From assembly GCF_964355755.1 (NCBI RefSeq), contig NC_092672.1:1178001-1242000 (forward strand): a stretch of DNA of 64,000 bases, read 5' to 3'. Position 1 is the stretch's first letter, and the number at the start of each line of letters is the position of its first letter. Shown piece after piece: positions 52,501-64,000 of this stretch. The position numbers and the translations under genes are program-made. The notes beneath the pieces were generated by a model. That model was not told the DNA's origin and made no database searches. It saw only the letters and a list, made by a program, of their open reading frames with translations. This DNA is from Antedon mediterranea (lineage: Eukaryota > Animalia > Echinodermata).

Positions 52501-55500
52501 ATATCACTACCATATTTAAGGATATCACTACCATATTTGGTCCCATCACACTTTTTTCACATAAAGTTTGATAGTGTGGACAGAGCTTTAGCGATGCAAC
52601 GTAAACATAATGTAAAAGAAGATTAGCAACCCGTATGATAGGTCTGTGTTATAGCGCCGAATGCGGTTGTTGTGTAAAGTAAAATATAATAGGGGGCGGT
52701 ATAACCTGATTATTATACACTCATAATTAAGCTACTACATTTTAGATAGTAGGCTATACTTTTTTTTAATAATTGTTTTTCAAATTTTGCAATGTAATTA
52801 AATATATCTATAAAAGTTTAATTAGCATAGATGGTTTGGTAGGATAGAAAGCACACCAAATTGTAGATTAGAAAAGCGGCGACTAACGCACTCAAACTAC
52901 TTACTAGTAAAACAATTATTTTGGCTTAAATTGAAAAAAATAAATACATTATTGACGTTTTTATATTAGTATTGTTAATAACGTTTTAATTATTTCATTT
53001 TGCATTATCGTTGACTATTTAATCATATATTTATACATCGCTTTCTTGTATTAATAACAAACTAATATTTTTTGTCAAAATCATATTATCAATGTTTGTT
53101 TATATTTAAATATTCTTAAGAATTATATTCGTTATGATTATAATATGTATTCTATTTTCAATTTAAACTAAAATAGACAGAGATGCAGTAATCTAATAAT
53201 TAGGTTGATTGCAAATAAATAGCGTGTGTGACGCATGATGGGAAGGAAATGGAGGCACGTACGCGCATTGTGTTTACGGGATTTTTTGGTCACTTCCTGC
53301 CCCTAATTTCTTCCCACCATGCATTGTGCAACGACGTTCCTCTCACAAATATATTGCGTATAGTATGAGCGTACAACATAAATTAGACAAGCAAAATGCA
53401 GAATAACATGCTACGTGCAACTATTAAAGTTCAATTTATATCATGCATACCTTCTACTTCGAAGCCTGATATCCAAGTCAAGACTATTATCAGGAAAGAA
53501 TAGATAGATAGTAAAAACATTTAAAAACAAGACTTTAACACGAAAACACCGTGAATCAAACTAACACCCGACGTTAATTCGTATCTGTGTTTGTACGCAC
53601 GTTTACACTTTGTGACGTGCAGTATGTGTGATGTCTCTGGCGAAATGACGCTACTAAAGCCGTACTAAAAAGTATATCTAAATTGAGATGTGATTACGAC
53701 TTGGAAAAATAATGATTGTTTTAAAAATTAATTTCGAATTAATTCAAATGATGTTTTTTCAGACGGTTAGAAGTGGCGTCATAGTGTTTGTGAGTGACGT
53801 CATTTTAGTTTAATGACGTCATTAATATTGTAAACATTCCAGTACAGATAATACGTGCTACATGTTGTCATTAATAATTATTTGCTATGCATTTCAGCGT
53901 GTATAAATTAATATCAAAATGCAAATGTAGTAACATTTTATTATTAAAAACACAATAAAAATGCTTTAAAATTCTTTCTCTAAACAAAACCAAGCTTTAC
54001 CTAAATTCTTCCATTTTAATTATTAGTATACGTTGATAACATTTCCAAGATTTAAAGAATGGATTCGGGCTTTTTTGTATCGCTAATAATATGATATAAT
54101 CACTAAATCTAATGAAACAAACAACTGTATTTTATTTACTGTTCGAATAACGATTATTTCTAAGTGCAGTCTAACTATACTATGCTACTAAATAATAAAC
54201 CACTGCGCATGCGCATTGTTTAGTGGAATTTAACCCGTCTCTATTAATAGAATATAACTTCGGTTTTATTTATTGATTAAATACAATTTTAGATAAATGG
54301 AAAGTATAAGTAAACTGTGATGAGATGTCGTTAATGGGCTGACGTGTAGAATGCTACATCTATTAAATACACTGCACTATTACTTACTAAATCAGAACGT
54401 ATGATTAGAGACTAATGCATCAATACACTTTTTATTTGTGTATCGTTTTTATAATTTAATATTGTAAGTTTTTTTCTGGAAAATGTGTTTAATAGTTTTA
54501 GACACATTATTAGTTCTGTCCTACTCCGATCAAATATAAATAATGATGATTCTTTTTATTGAGAAACAATAGTCGTAATACGACTATAGAAAATTGAACC
54601 TACCATAGCCTGATGAGAATGCATCGTCTTCAGATTCTGTGAATGAATTTGAAAACTTTCCTCCAAATCCACTAGAATGACTTTGCTGCATTGAGTGCCT
54701 TTTGGCAGAACATTGCTTAAGTGCTTTAGAGTTTGATTGTACCTATTGAGGAAGGCGAACACGTGTTATTCTAATTATTAATATTATTACACGAATATGA
54801 ATGACAGTGTAACATGTAAAAGTGTAACAAAGTGGTTATTGTTGTTTAAACAACAACAGTCAGGCTGGAGTCAGGCTTGTAGGATGTAAAGATGATTAAA
54901 CAGTTGTAAGTGGGGTTTGGTTTAATTTGTTTCTATAGGTCAACAGACATGCAGTGGCAATTGATCTGGGAAGTGGAGTTGAAATTGGAGGGGTTGGGAT
55001 TGCGTGTATGTGGAGGGGGAATGCTTACCTGTACCAAGCATGGAAGGGGTTCATCCGTCTCTTGGTCGACTGATATGAAAGCCGTATGTTTGGAGATGAC
55101 GTTGGCAGACTGGCTGACGTCAACCACTTTTGTGTGAAGTTTGAAAGCCTCATCACTTGGCATGTCACTAAGACTTGTTCTTGAAACTTTTGAATGAAAT
55201 CAGAGCATTTGCTAATATCATGTTTATTATAGACCTATACTCATATGAAATGTAGTTATTTTAGAATGTTTAGAAAGTTTTATTTAGTAGTTAAATTTAC
55301 TTTCATTATAGTTCTCAATCGAAAAATTCTTTTTAACATTAATTCCCAAAACATAGCCAAATATAAATGACATTATTTGTGATCGGATGGCCTAACCACT
55401 GCACTAAAACAGTTCAAAGATGAAGCCTATATTTACCTTCATCTCGAATTGCCTGCATTTCTAATAGTTCCAAGTCCTTTATCAGAGTTTTTGCGGCAAG

Positions 55501-58500
55501 TTGGTGAATAGTGTCCTCCCAGACGTCTTCATCTTCATTTTGCACCCTTGCTCCTCTACATAATAACTTGCGTATATCAAATGGCACGTGACATTCAATT
55601 GATTTACCACAAAATAGTCCATAGATAGTAAGTGAACACATTGTCGACCGCGCTTTAATATCTATTAGATTATCCCCATCGAGTATCCAAGATTCGTCAA
55701 GTCCCTTTTCAAGATCGACATCAAAGTTAAAATCGTTACGCCCGCCCTCTAGGAAGTTATCCCAAACAGGACTCATTGGGCCTAGCTCAATGCTAAGCTG
55801 CTCTTCTTGTTTCAGAATTGATAGTTTCGGTGGGCGACGATCCGTTTCTGATTTCGGTCGCGTACGTGAGACATGTGTAGGGCTGGACGATTTCCGTCGG
55901 TCGTGATACGACAGGCGAGACAGCATTGTACGTAAAGTACCCGGATCGACGGCGTCAGATGCTTCTGTTAAAGAACTTGCTCTTACTCGCTTTGTGAGAA
56001 GTTCAATTCTACGATGTTTCATCTTCAAAATAAAGAAATATAAAGCTAAATAATAATTTCTACCAAAAAAAAAATAATTTTTTTAAATGTATTAATTTTT
56101 CCTGTTTTTTAGTAAAAATACTTCTTTCGTACTTCTTCTATTTTGAAAAGAAGTTGAAAAAGTTACTTACCGAATCATCGTTCGATAAATGTCTTGGAAA
56201 TTGTTCATTTATTTCTTGTTCAACTCGAGAGTCTGATTTTGGTGACGATGAAAGTGTTCTGACAGGGGATGCACCTTTCAATAAAAGTTACAAACATTTA
56301 AAGATATTACAATATAATACATACTACTCCACTCCGTATTCTTGTTATACAACATATCACATTGATGTATATCATCTAGAAGGGAGACGGATTTGAATAG
56401 GTTATGTTTGCGGGTAATCCTGAGGATTGTAAATCCCATTTTGGGGATTTATAAGGATGTACAATGCAGATTAATAATTGCCTTTTTGTTCCGCTTTTAC
56501 ATGTGCTTTTTTCTTGTATGGTATCAAAATAAACCAAATCAAGCCCAACCGCCGTCCTTTTTTTTATAGAGGATGCAGAATTAAGTAACTTTAAAGTTAT
56601 CTTGAGATTATCATTTTGGTATTGGCTATAATTGTATGATAAGTGTACCAGAATCTGAATATAAATTGCTAAGCACTTAGAAAAGTTGATAGATATTTCT
56701 AAGCCAGGTGTTGATATATTAAACTAAGAATAGACCTGTATTGCAATTTTAAGAGATGTCTTGTTTTCCAATCTCATCATAAAGCAATATTTATCTATCT
56801 TGGCAATTTCAAGTACATGTTGCATGACGTACTTATTGAATACAAAGTAATTGGGCGTTATAAATACTGTATTAGGTAGATAGCTGCGTACTAATCAGGA
56901 TGAAAATAATTCCCGATGATTATTTCTAAAAGTCATAATATTCTGATAGATTTGATGAGAAAATTAATCTAAAATATGTATCCTTGACATTAAAAACAAT
57001 TTTAAACTTCAAGAGGTGAAATCAAGGTTTTGACAATGTACTGGATTTCAACAAAAATATAGCACTTTTGCTTTTGGGTCTATTTTCCAGTTAGATTCTT
57101 TTAAAATACTTCCCATAATTCCAGAGTTCTATACGTTTTGAAGCGAGAATTAGCATTTTATTTTTTAAGATATAAGATACACGTACAAAATCAGATAATC
57201 TTTCCTTCAGTACGATTTATTTTTAGATATAACGCTCTGTCTACACTATCAAACTTTATATGACAACAACATGTGATGGGCATGATGATGCCGTATCACA
57301 TAAAGTTTGATAGTGTGGACAGAGCTAAAGTTACACATGAACTGGAACTTACTTCCAATAAAAGACCGGTTACTGGACTGACTATCATGTTGAGGAGAAA
57401 ATGACGAATTTCTGTCATCTTCCATATCAACACTTTGATCGTCTGATAGATTCTTGTCCAGAAATGGATTATGCCTCTCTTCCTTTAGGAACGATCCAAC
57501 CGTCGTTTTCATTCCAGCTGTATCTGTTAGAATACCGTATACAACGATTGACTCTCCTTGTAGTAGTGTCGGATGGTGTGTTGGTGTCTGACACAACTCT
57601 ATACCGTACGGAAGAGACCACTGGAAGGTGATGTCACTAATGCATGGTCGTAAAGAACTCTTTAGAAGTTCGAGAACCTGAAATGATAAAAGTATTCAAC
57701 AATTTGATATACCGCTAGATTTCCTCAGTTGTTCTGTCTCCACTTTATATTCGGCAGCATTGTTTTAGCTATTATTTCTTTATGATCAGAAATTTCTTTT
57801 TTTTTCTTTAATCTTTCTAACCAGCTAGGCCTATATTTAAGCTTAGAGTTTGCGAATTTTGTTTTTTCTTTTTCTGTTTGTACGTGTTTTTTTTATATGG
57901 ATAAAATATTCCGAACTAAAAGAAATTGATTGATTGAGAATGTTTGAGAAAGAAAATATATATTGAACTGGCAACATCTACTTTGTATTAAAATGCACCG
58001 ATGGACGATTAGTAAATCGAATACCTAATAGCTCCATGGGGAGGATTTACAAAAGGAAAACATTAGTCATAGACTAATGATTGGAAGTGAAAAGAATGTA
58101 ATACCTTTTTATGCATTCTGTCTTCTTTGTTTATCATCACCGCTGTCCCTCTACCAACACTTGCCATGGTTTCAAGATGTAGTGTGGAAGACCTGTACCC
58201 AACACCTATAACGTGCACCCTACAAAAATACCATAAAATCAGTAAGTTTTACTGGAAAACCATAGGTTATTTAATGCATTTATATGCGTATAAGCTAAAC
58301 AATAAAATAGCAAAATATTGGTACCGGTAAAGATTTTTAAACAAGATATGCTTTTTAAAATTTATATTGTCAGTTTCTATAATATAGACCCAATTAAGAA
58401 TTAATTGTACAAGTATAAGTTATTACTGAAAAGGAATATGTCACGACTTTTGTTATTGTAATTACCTTGTGTTGTTACAATTTGCTTTTATAAGTTCAAT

Positions 58501-59907
58501 TGTTTGACCAGAATTCGAAATTCCACCGTCAGTTATGACAAACACTTGTCTAGGCCAGCCCCTTGCAACAGGGTGCTCGAATACCCACGACAACGCAGTG
58601 TGAAGGTCCGGGTTGTTCCCACCAAGATCTGCACGAATCGTGCGAATGTGATTGCTAGCCTCTTTCACATTGTCCTGCGTGTATGGCCGACTTTGTTCAA
58701 ACGCGGTTTTACACGTGGAACCAAATCCAACAACGTTAAAGCGACATGAGAAAGGTAGACTTTTTATGCATAATAGTAGAGATTCCCGAGTGTTAGCGAT
58801 GGTGTCACCACACATACTGCTACTCCGGTTTACAACAAAAACAAATTCCCCGGGAACTTCATATTCATCTCTTTGGAGTTTCTTTTTAAAATCGTCATAA
58901 TTTGGAAAGTAGTTCAACATAATGACTGGAATGTGCATAATGTCTTTATGAAGTCGATTTTTTATGTAAGAAACATTTCGTTCATTTTCGTCACCAAGCT
59001 CGGCTTCTCGGATAAACTCGTTTTCTGATTTAACAAACACTTCGTATTCTTCGGGACGCATGTTTCCATGTTCAAGAATAACTACAGGTTCGCTTATGTT
59101 TCTTCGGAAAACTGTAATTTCAAGATCTCTGTCCATTGGATGTGCTTCGGCAAGCGTTACAAATACTGATGACGCGTCTTTTGCAAACGGATCCGCGTCA
59201 ACCCGTATCGAATGACTCGAGCTCCATACACCAGCTAATAACGTTGGAGCTTTAACTTCCAGTTGGAATTCAAAGTTATATTCCATTGGGTTGTACGGCG
59301 TTTCATTTGCAATTTCCGACAACTTTTTAAACGTTTGTTCTGGAATTATATTTTCGTCCGATTGTAGAATTTCCTGAAAGTCATCATTCAAGACAGATTG
59401 ATAGTCGGAATCTTTTGTTGAATTCGTTCGAAAATCCGTTTGCAACCGTGGAGTTAACACACATGGATATTTTACAACTACACCACCCTCAACGTTCGTT
59501 TGTAATTCAGAAACCAAACTCAATAAAAGTGTCACAGATCCAAAAGGTCGAATTGTTCCAATATTCGCACAGAATATAGTCTGTTCCTCGGTTTCAGAGA
59601 GAGTAAACTTTCCTTGTACTAAATAAGTTTGGCTTCCCCCACCTAAGTGCTCGTTAAAATGATCTATATCAGTTTTGTCTTTAAGTTGTATTGTAATGTT
59701 ACGCGTTTGGAGGTGGGCTTCAAATCCCACTAAAGAACTAGCCTCGTCCAATGGAAGAACAAAGAATCCTTCAACCACGTGATCTTCGTCATTGTAATAC
59801 GTAAGCGCAGACGTGGTTGCTAAGGACTGTCCGTTAACGCATGACGATACGCGAATACCCTGAAGTGGGATTTTCGTGCGTGTGTGACGGTTGATCAAAC
59901 CAGGCAT
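49564..59907 (-). CDS. VWA5B1: von Willebrand factor A domain-containing protein 5B1-like, VIT plus VWA (~1242 aa, 9 coding exons)
   Basis: Exons 59907-58466, 58219-58105, 57677-57353, 56274-56171, 56022-55437, 55186-55029, 54742-54604, 52034-51930 and 50318-49564 are phase-consistent (3729 nt). N-terminus MPGLINR...VSSCVNG, HSIRVDADP, LHKDIMHIPVIMLN, GEFVFVVNRSSSM, FNVVGFGS, VITDG, IHQLAAK, SKHTAFISVD and C-terminal WGTALAVIWL...EWDLIYHKAHRWL match VWA5B proteins as recalled. B1 versus B2 cannot be resolved in an invertebrate. Confidence 0.88.
50845..51155. mobile_element. Degenerate TIR element in VWA5B1-like intron
   Basis: ATTACACAGACGAACGGTA at left versus TACCGCTCGTATGTAAAAT at right; internal CGGTAACGGTAA / TTACCGTTACCG. 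Confidence 0.45.
52449..52590. mobile_element. AAAGCTCT.TCTACAC palindromic MITE, complete copy
   Basis: TAAAGCTCTATCTACACGATCAAAC...GTTTGATAGTGTGGACAGAGCTTTA. Confidence 0.85.
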
Positions 59908-62900
59908 GATGTTTTAACTTAAAATTTCACAAAACAATGTTCAGTTCAGCAAACTGTTCATCCTTAAGTCCATAGTCTGTAAGTAAAAAAAGTAATTGTT
60001 TAGAGAAACTTCAACAACAAACATTTGTTTGCTTCTTCGTAGTTTTGCATGCATTATAATGGAGGAAATTGTATTAATATTGATTGAATTAAAGAATAAA
60101 ATCGGTTTAGGCTGAATGTTGCAGACGACATTGTTCAAGTCACTGGAAGAGACACTTCATTAGGCGGTGCAACAAAAGATTATACTATCAATAGTAATTG
60201 AAGCACATTAATTTATTGAAATTGTTTAGACAGGAAGACTGGGTGTTATGTTTATTATAATTACAACCCGTACTCTTCCATACGTACATAGTACGTGCGA
60301 ATATACACGCACGCGTTCCAACTTTTATACGATGTGTGTACGCGCGCGTGCACTTTGTATCTCCTTATACAACATATCACTAAAAATGTATCATCAAAGT
60401 TCTTATAAATATTTGATCCTTGGTATTAGAGCATAGGTCAGCATTTAAGTATATTGGATACCGTCGTACGAAACCCATTATGAATACGATCATTACTGTA
60501 TTAATAATATCCATATCTCTACTGATTTCAAACTAGAAGTATAATCAATACCTGATATGAGCTATAATTTATTAGATGAGTCTAATGTACGTCAGTGGAG
60601 AAGAAGTAGGCTAAGCGTGTACAAGGTTCACAAAAGAAAACTCCAGCAATCTGCTATGTTACCTTAAATATAACTTAGGCTTTTACTACTACTACCGACG
60701 ATTATATTTTGTAAAAATAGGCCTATGAAAACAATAAATTTCTATATTAATATGTACTGTTTTCTTGAGCTTTTTTCTGAAGTTAAATAACATGTATATA
60801 TATATATATATAATAATATAATAATAATAATTATTATTATTACACCAAACATATTATGTTTGGTGTAAGTTATAACATCACTTAAGTGCACATTGTAAAA
60901 TTAATTTATGACCAAAATTAATGTTTCCAGATATGCAGCAGGAAGTGTTTTTAATTGCATTTCTGTGGAAATATTTTACAAAGTATTTCTGGCTTCCTGC
61001 TCTAAAATTAAACACATACAATTATTATTTCGCATAAATTGGCTCTTCAGTTAGGATTGGGCTTGTCATATAAATATCCGCCTTATGTTAAGCAACGTTC
61101 ATAAGACTTCGATATTCTTTTTGTTTGTCATTGGGAGTGTATCGATCAAGAGTGTATGTGTGGTGTGAATGATTCAACTAAAGCTCGACAACCTCTTAAA
61201 TGACTAACAAACACTACAGAGATAAATCGAACGCTGAGAAATTATTTGAAAGGCTTACTAAAATTTTAATATATAAATGCAATGTGGATTACGTTGAATG
61301 GTTATAACTAATTTAATTTTAGACGAATAATTTGTATTCACCAAGGTAGAATTGTATAGGCCTACTGGTGAGAATGTTGTCCATGGATTTATTCAAATTT
61401 GCTGCAACTAGACTCATAATAACACAACCGCCATCTTATGTTGTAAGATTTTGATTTAAGTAAAAGTTACAATATGTAGGCCTACTGTATAGTATTACAT
61501 GCGCAGACCTGCCTCCAATTAGCATTTTGTTTTAGATTGATTTAGAGTGATTCATGTTTCATTTTATTTATTTCGTCAAGAAAGGCAAAGACATACAATT
61601 AATAACAAAGAACATAAGAAAGATTTCAAAAATTCCCAGGATTTAAAGTGAAAAAATAAGAGATATCAAATAATAATACAATTTGGCCTAGAATTCTTAA
61701 TAAATATTTTAAACTAAAAATATTTATATATGTCTTACGCTTGTATACACATTACAAATCCATGAATAAAAAAGCAAAATCTAAAATTAAATTCCTAATT
61801 TGATGGGAGAGATCGAACAAAAATAGTACTGACATGTGATGAAGATCATTTGGCCCAAGGGAACATAGACAAATGTTATTATTTGGTATTCATAGGTTCT
61901 CGGGTAACATTATTTCACCAAATAAATCGTTTATAAATCGAATGTGCCTTGGGATGTGTGTTTAGGCCTACACATATGCAATAATGACGTGTGTCTGTGA
62001 AATGTCTTTTTTGGAAAGAACTTCACTGACGCCTGTATAATCATTCTATCACATAAAATCATGTTATAAACGTGTATGACGTCATCATTAGAAGCAAATT
62101 GATATTCTAGTAGCATTGTATCTTTACACGTTAATAGCCAACGTTACAGTCGTATCGTAAAACACACAAAAGGGTTTTGCGTGACGGATCACTCTTTACT
62201 TAATCTACAACAAATAAAGTCAAATGCATTTTAAAATATTGTTGAAGAAATCCGGGAGAAATTCACTACAAAAACAGTTTGTTGAATGGATACCTTTCGT
62301 ATTGACGACTACGGAGCTGTATTTCTACCCACTTTCAAACATGAGGATGCGCATAATGACAATTACTCAATAGCCTAGTCACGTGACGCGTCATGGAAAC
62401 GAAAGGTCGACATAACGAGTTAATCCCGCCGCATACTACTGGGAATGCTGGTCACGTCACAGTAGTTTAAAACAGAAATATTAACTGAAGATTATAGACG
62501 TGATCTGCGTTTAGATAAAACCACACAAGGATGAAGAATACCATTAGAGATAATTGCTTTGATCTATGACTTCTAACAATTGTAATGGACTTCTGCTTAG
62601 CATATTTTTATATTCTGATAATTTTCTTGCCCAACTTGGAGATATTGAGAAAATTATCTGTATGGAAAGTGTACAATTGACAACATGGTTTAAACAAAGA
62701 AAAGTGTTATAGAAAAAATGTATTTTATTATAAATACGGCATTTCAATTTAGAATATTGTAAGCTGTGTCCATTACACATCACAGTAGTTTGACCCAAAA
62801 AATGTGATGTGCCAAAATATGGGGGTGATATGTTCAAATATGGCAGTGATAACGCAAGTGAGTTGACCAATCACAAGCGAAAGTTGGGATGATCCATCCT

Positions 62901-64000
62901 GTAATTGGTCAAATTACTTGCGTTGCCTACGACTGATACTAGGGACACTAACGTCCAGCTTCTCGACTCGTTTAAAGTTACTGTAGGCATAAACTAAATC
63001 TATTCTAAAAGAGTCCATTCTTTTTAAACTTACATTTGTCCACCAAGTAGGGCCTACTATGATATATAAAATGAATAATAATACGGCATTACATTCTTTC
63101 CTAATTTCGTTTTAATCAGAATGACGACTGTATCTAAATATTCCGTTTAGAATGTTTATATTGATTAATAGCCACACTTATGGGAATGTATCTGATATTC
63201 TCACATTAGAAACTCTTAAAAGGTCGTAAAATCAACCGTTACACACGAGGAACATGAGACCTTTAATTTTTATGAAACAAATCGTTTGATTGCCAAGACT
63301 ATGGTCGTATCTTTGAAAAATTATTTATGTTTTGGATTATTTAAGCTAAATAATTAAAATATTATATAAACCACTCCTACACTTCCGGCCATTGATTTTT
63401 ACAAACATTATAAATACGCATGCGCAATGAACAGAATTTGTTCATTTTAAAGCAATCTTATTTCCGGTCTTACATAAATTATTTATGATTTTGATAGAGC
63501 ATTTGCGAATGTACTATTACTTCCTGACATTTATTCAATGTAAAATCAATATTTATAATAATGAAATAATTGATAGAGGGAAATTTTACCAGAAGATCGT
63601 CTCTTAAAGGCAAACAATAAAGAAAAAAACAATAATACAAAACAAACAACAACAAAAACAAAAAGTGTTCGTAACTTAATTCAGTAATGATTGTCTTTAC
63701 AATAATATTTGTTTTTAGAAGAGTTTCACAAAGTCGATAATCAACTTATAAATACCACTGTATATCAATATATTTACAATTTTTACTTGTTCGGTACACT
63801 TTATTTGTGTTATAGTTGTGTATCAAACAACAACTTTCCAATTGTATTATTGTATATGATTATTAGACAATAACAGTTTTTGAATTTTGAATTTGAGTTA
63901 ATAAAGAAGGTAAAAGAAGCTCTGTAGCTATCCTTACAATGCATAGTTTATAGCTAATGGGGTTTTAAATACAAAAGGAATATTTTACCGAAATTGTGTA

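Noticed and set aside
49721-58900. Plus-strand ORFs overlapping VWA5B1-like exons (likewise antisense ORFs at 1563-3563, 25057-25380 and 39701-40351)
   Set aside because: Antisense shadows of real exons with no independent evidence.
60000-64000. Additional gene in the right-hand 4 kb
   Set aside because: Only short AT-rich ORFs and MITE fragments; probably 5' intron or upstream region of the VWA5B1-like gene.

Overview
AT-rich, intron-containing animal genomic DNA. The gene content and repeats suggest a marine invertebrate, probably an echinoderm such as a crinoid (inference). Four spliced protein-coding genes can be built by hand with GT-AG introns and consistent phases: (1) a minus-strand NLR with tandem death-effector-domain-like repeats, a NACHT and an LRR (833-5652); (2) a plus-strand NOL7-like nucleolar protein (25085-29286); (3) a minus-strand 20-exon adhesion GPCR with two F5/8 type C (discoidin) domains, a Thr-rich repeat stalk, GAIN/GPS and 7TM (30025-46181); (4) a minus-strand VWA5B1-like VIT-VWA gene (49564-59907). 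Between the NLR and NOL7 lie a ~3.6 kb tandem duplication with independently expanded satellite arrays and a Russian-doll nest of non-autonomous DNA transposons with readable target-site duplications. The most interesting signals are near-identical 177-bp LRR modules in the NLR whose changes concentrate at predicted ligand-contact positions, the birth of a minisatellite in one duplicate, and the nested elements. Most short ORFs in the supplied track are repeat or antisense artefacts. No prokaryotic features, CRISPR arrays, rRNA or tRNA were recognised. All family assignments are from motif recognition, with no database search.
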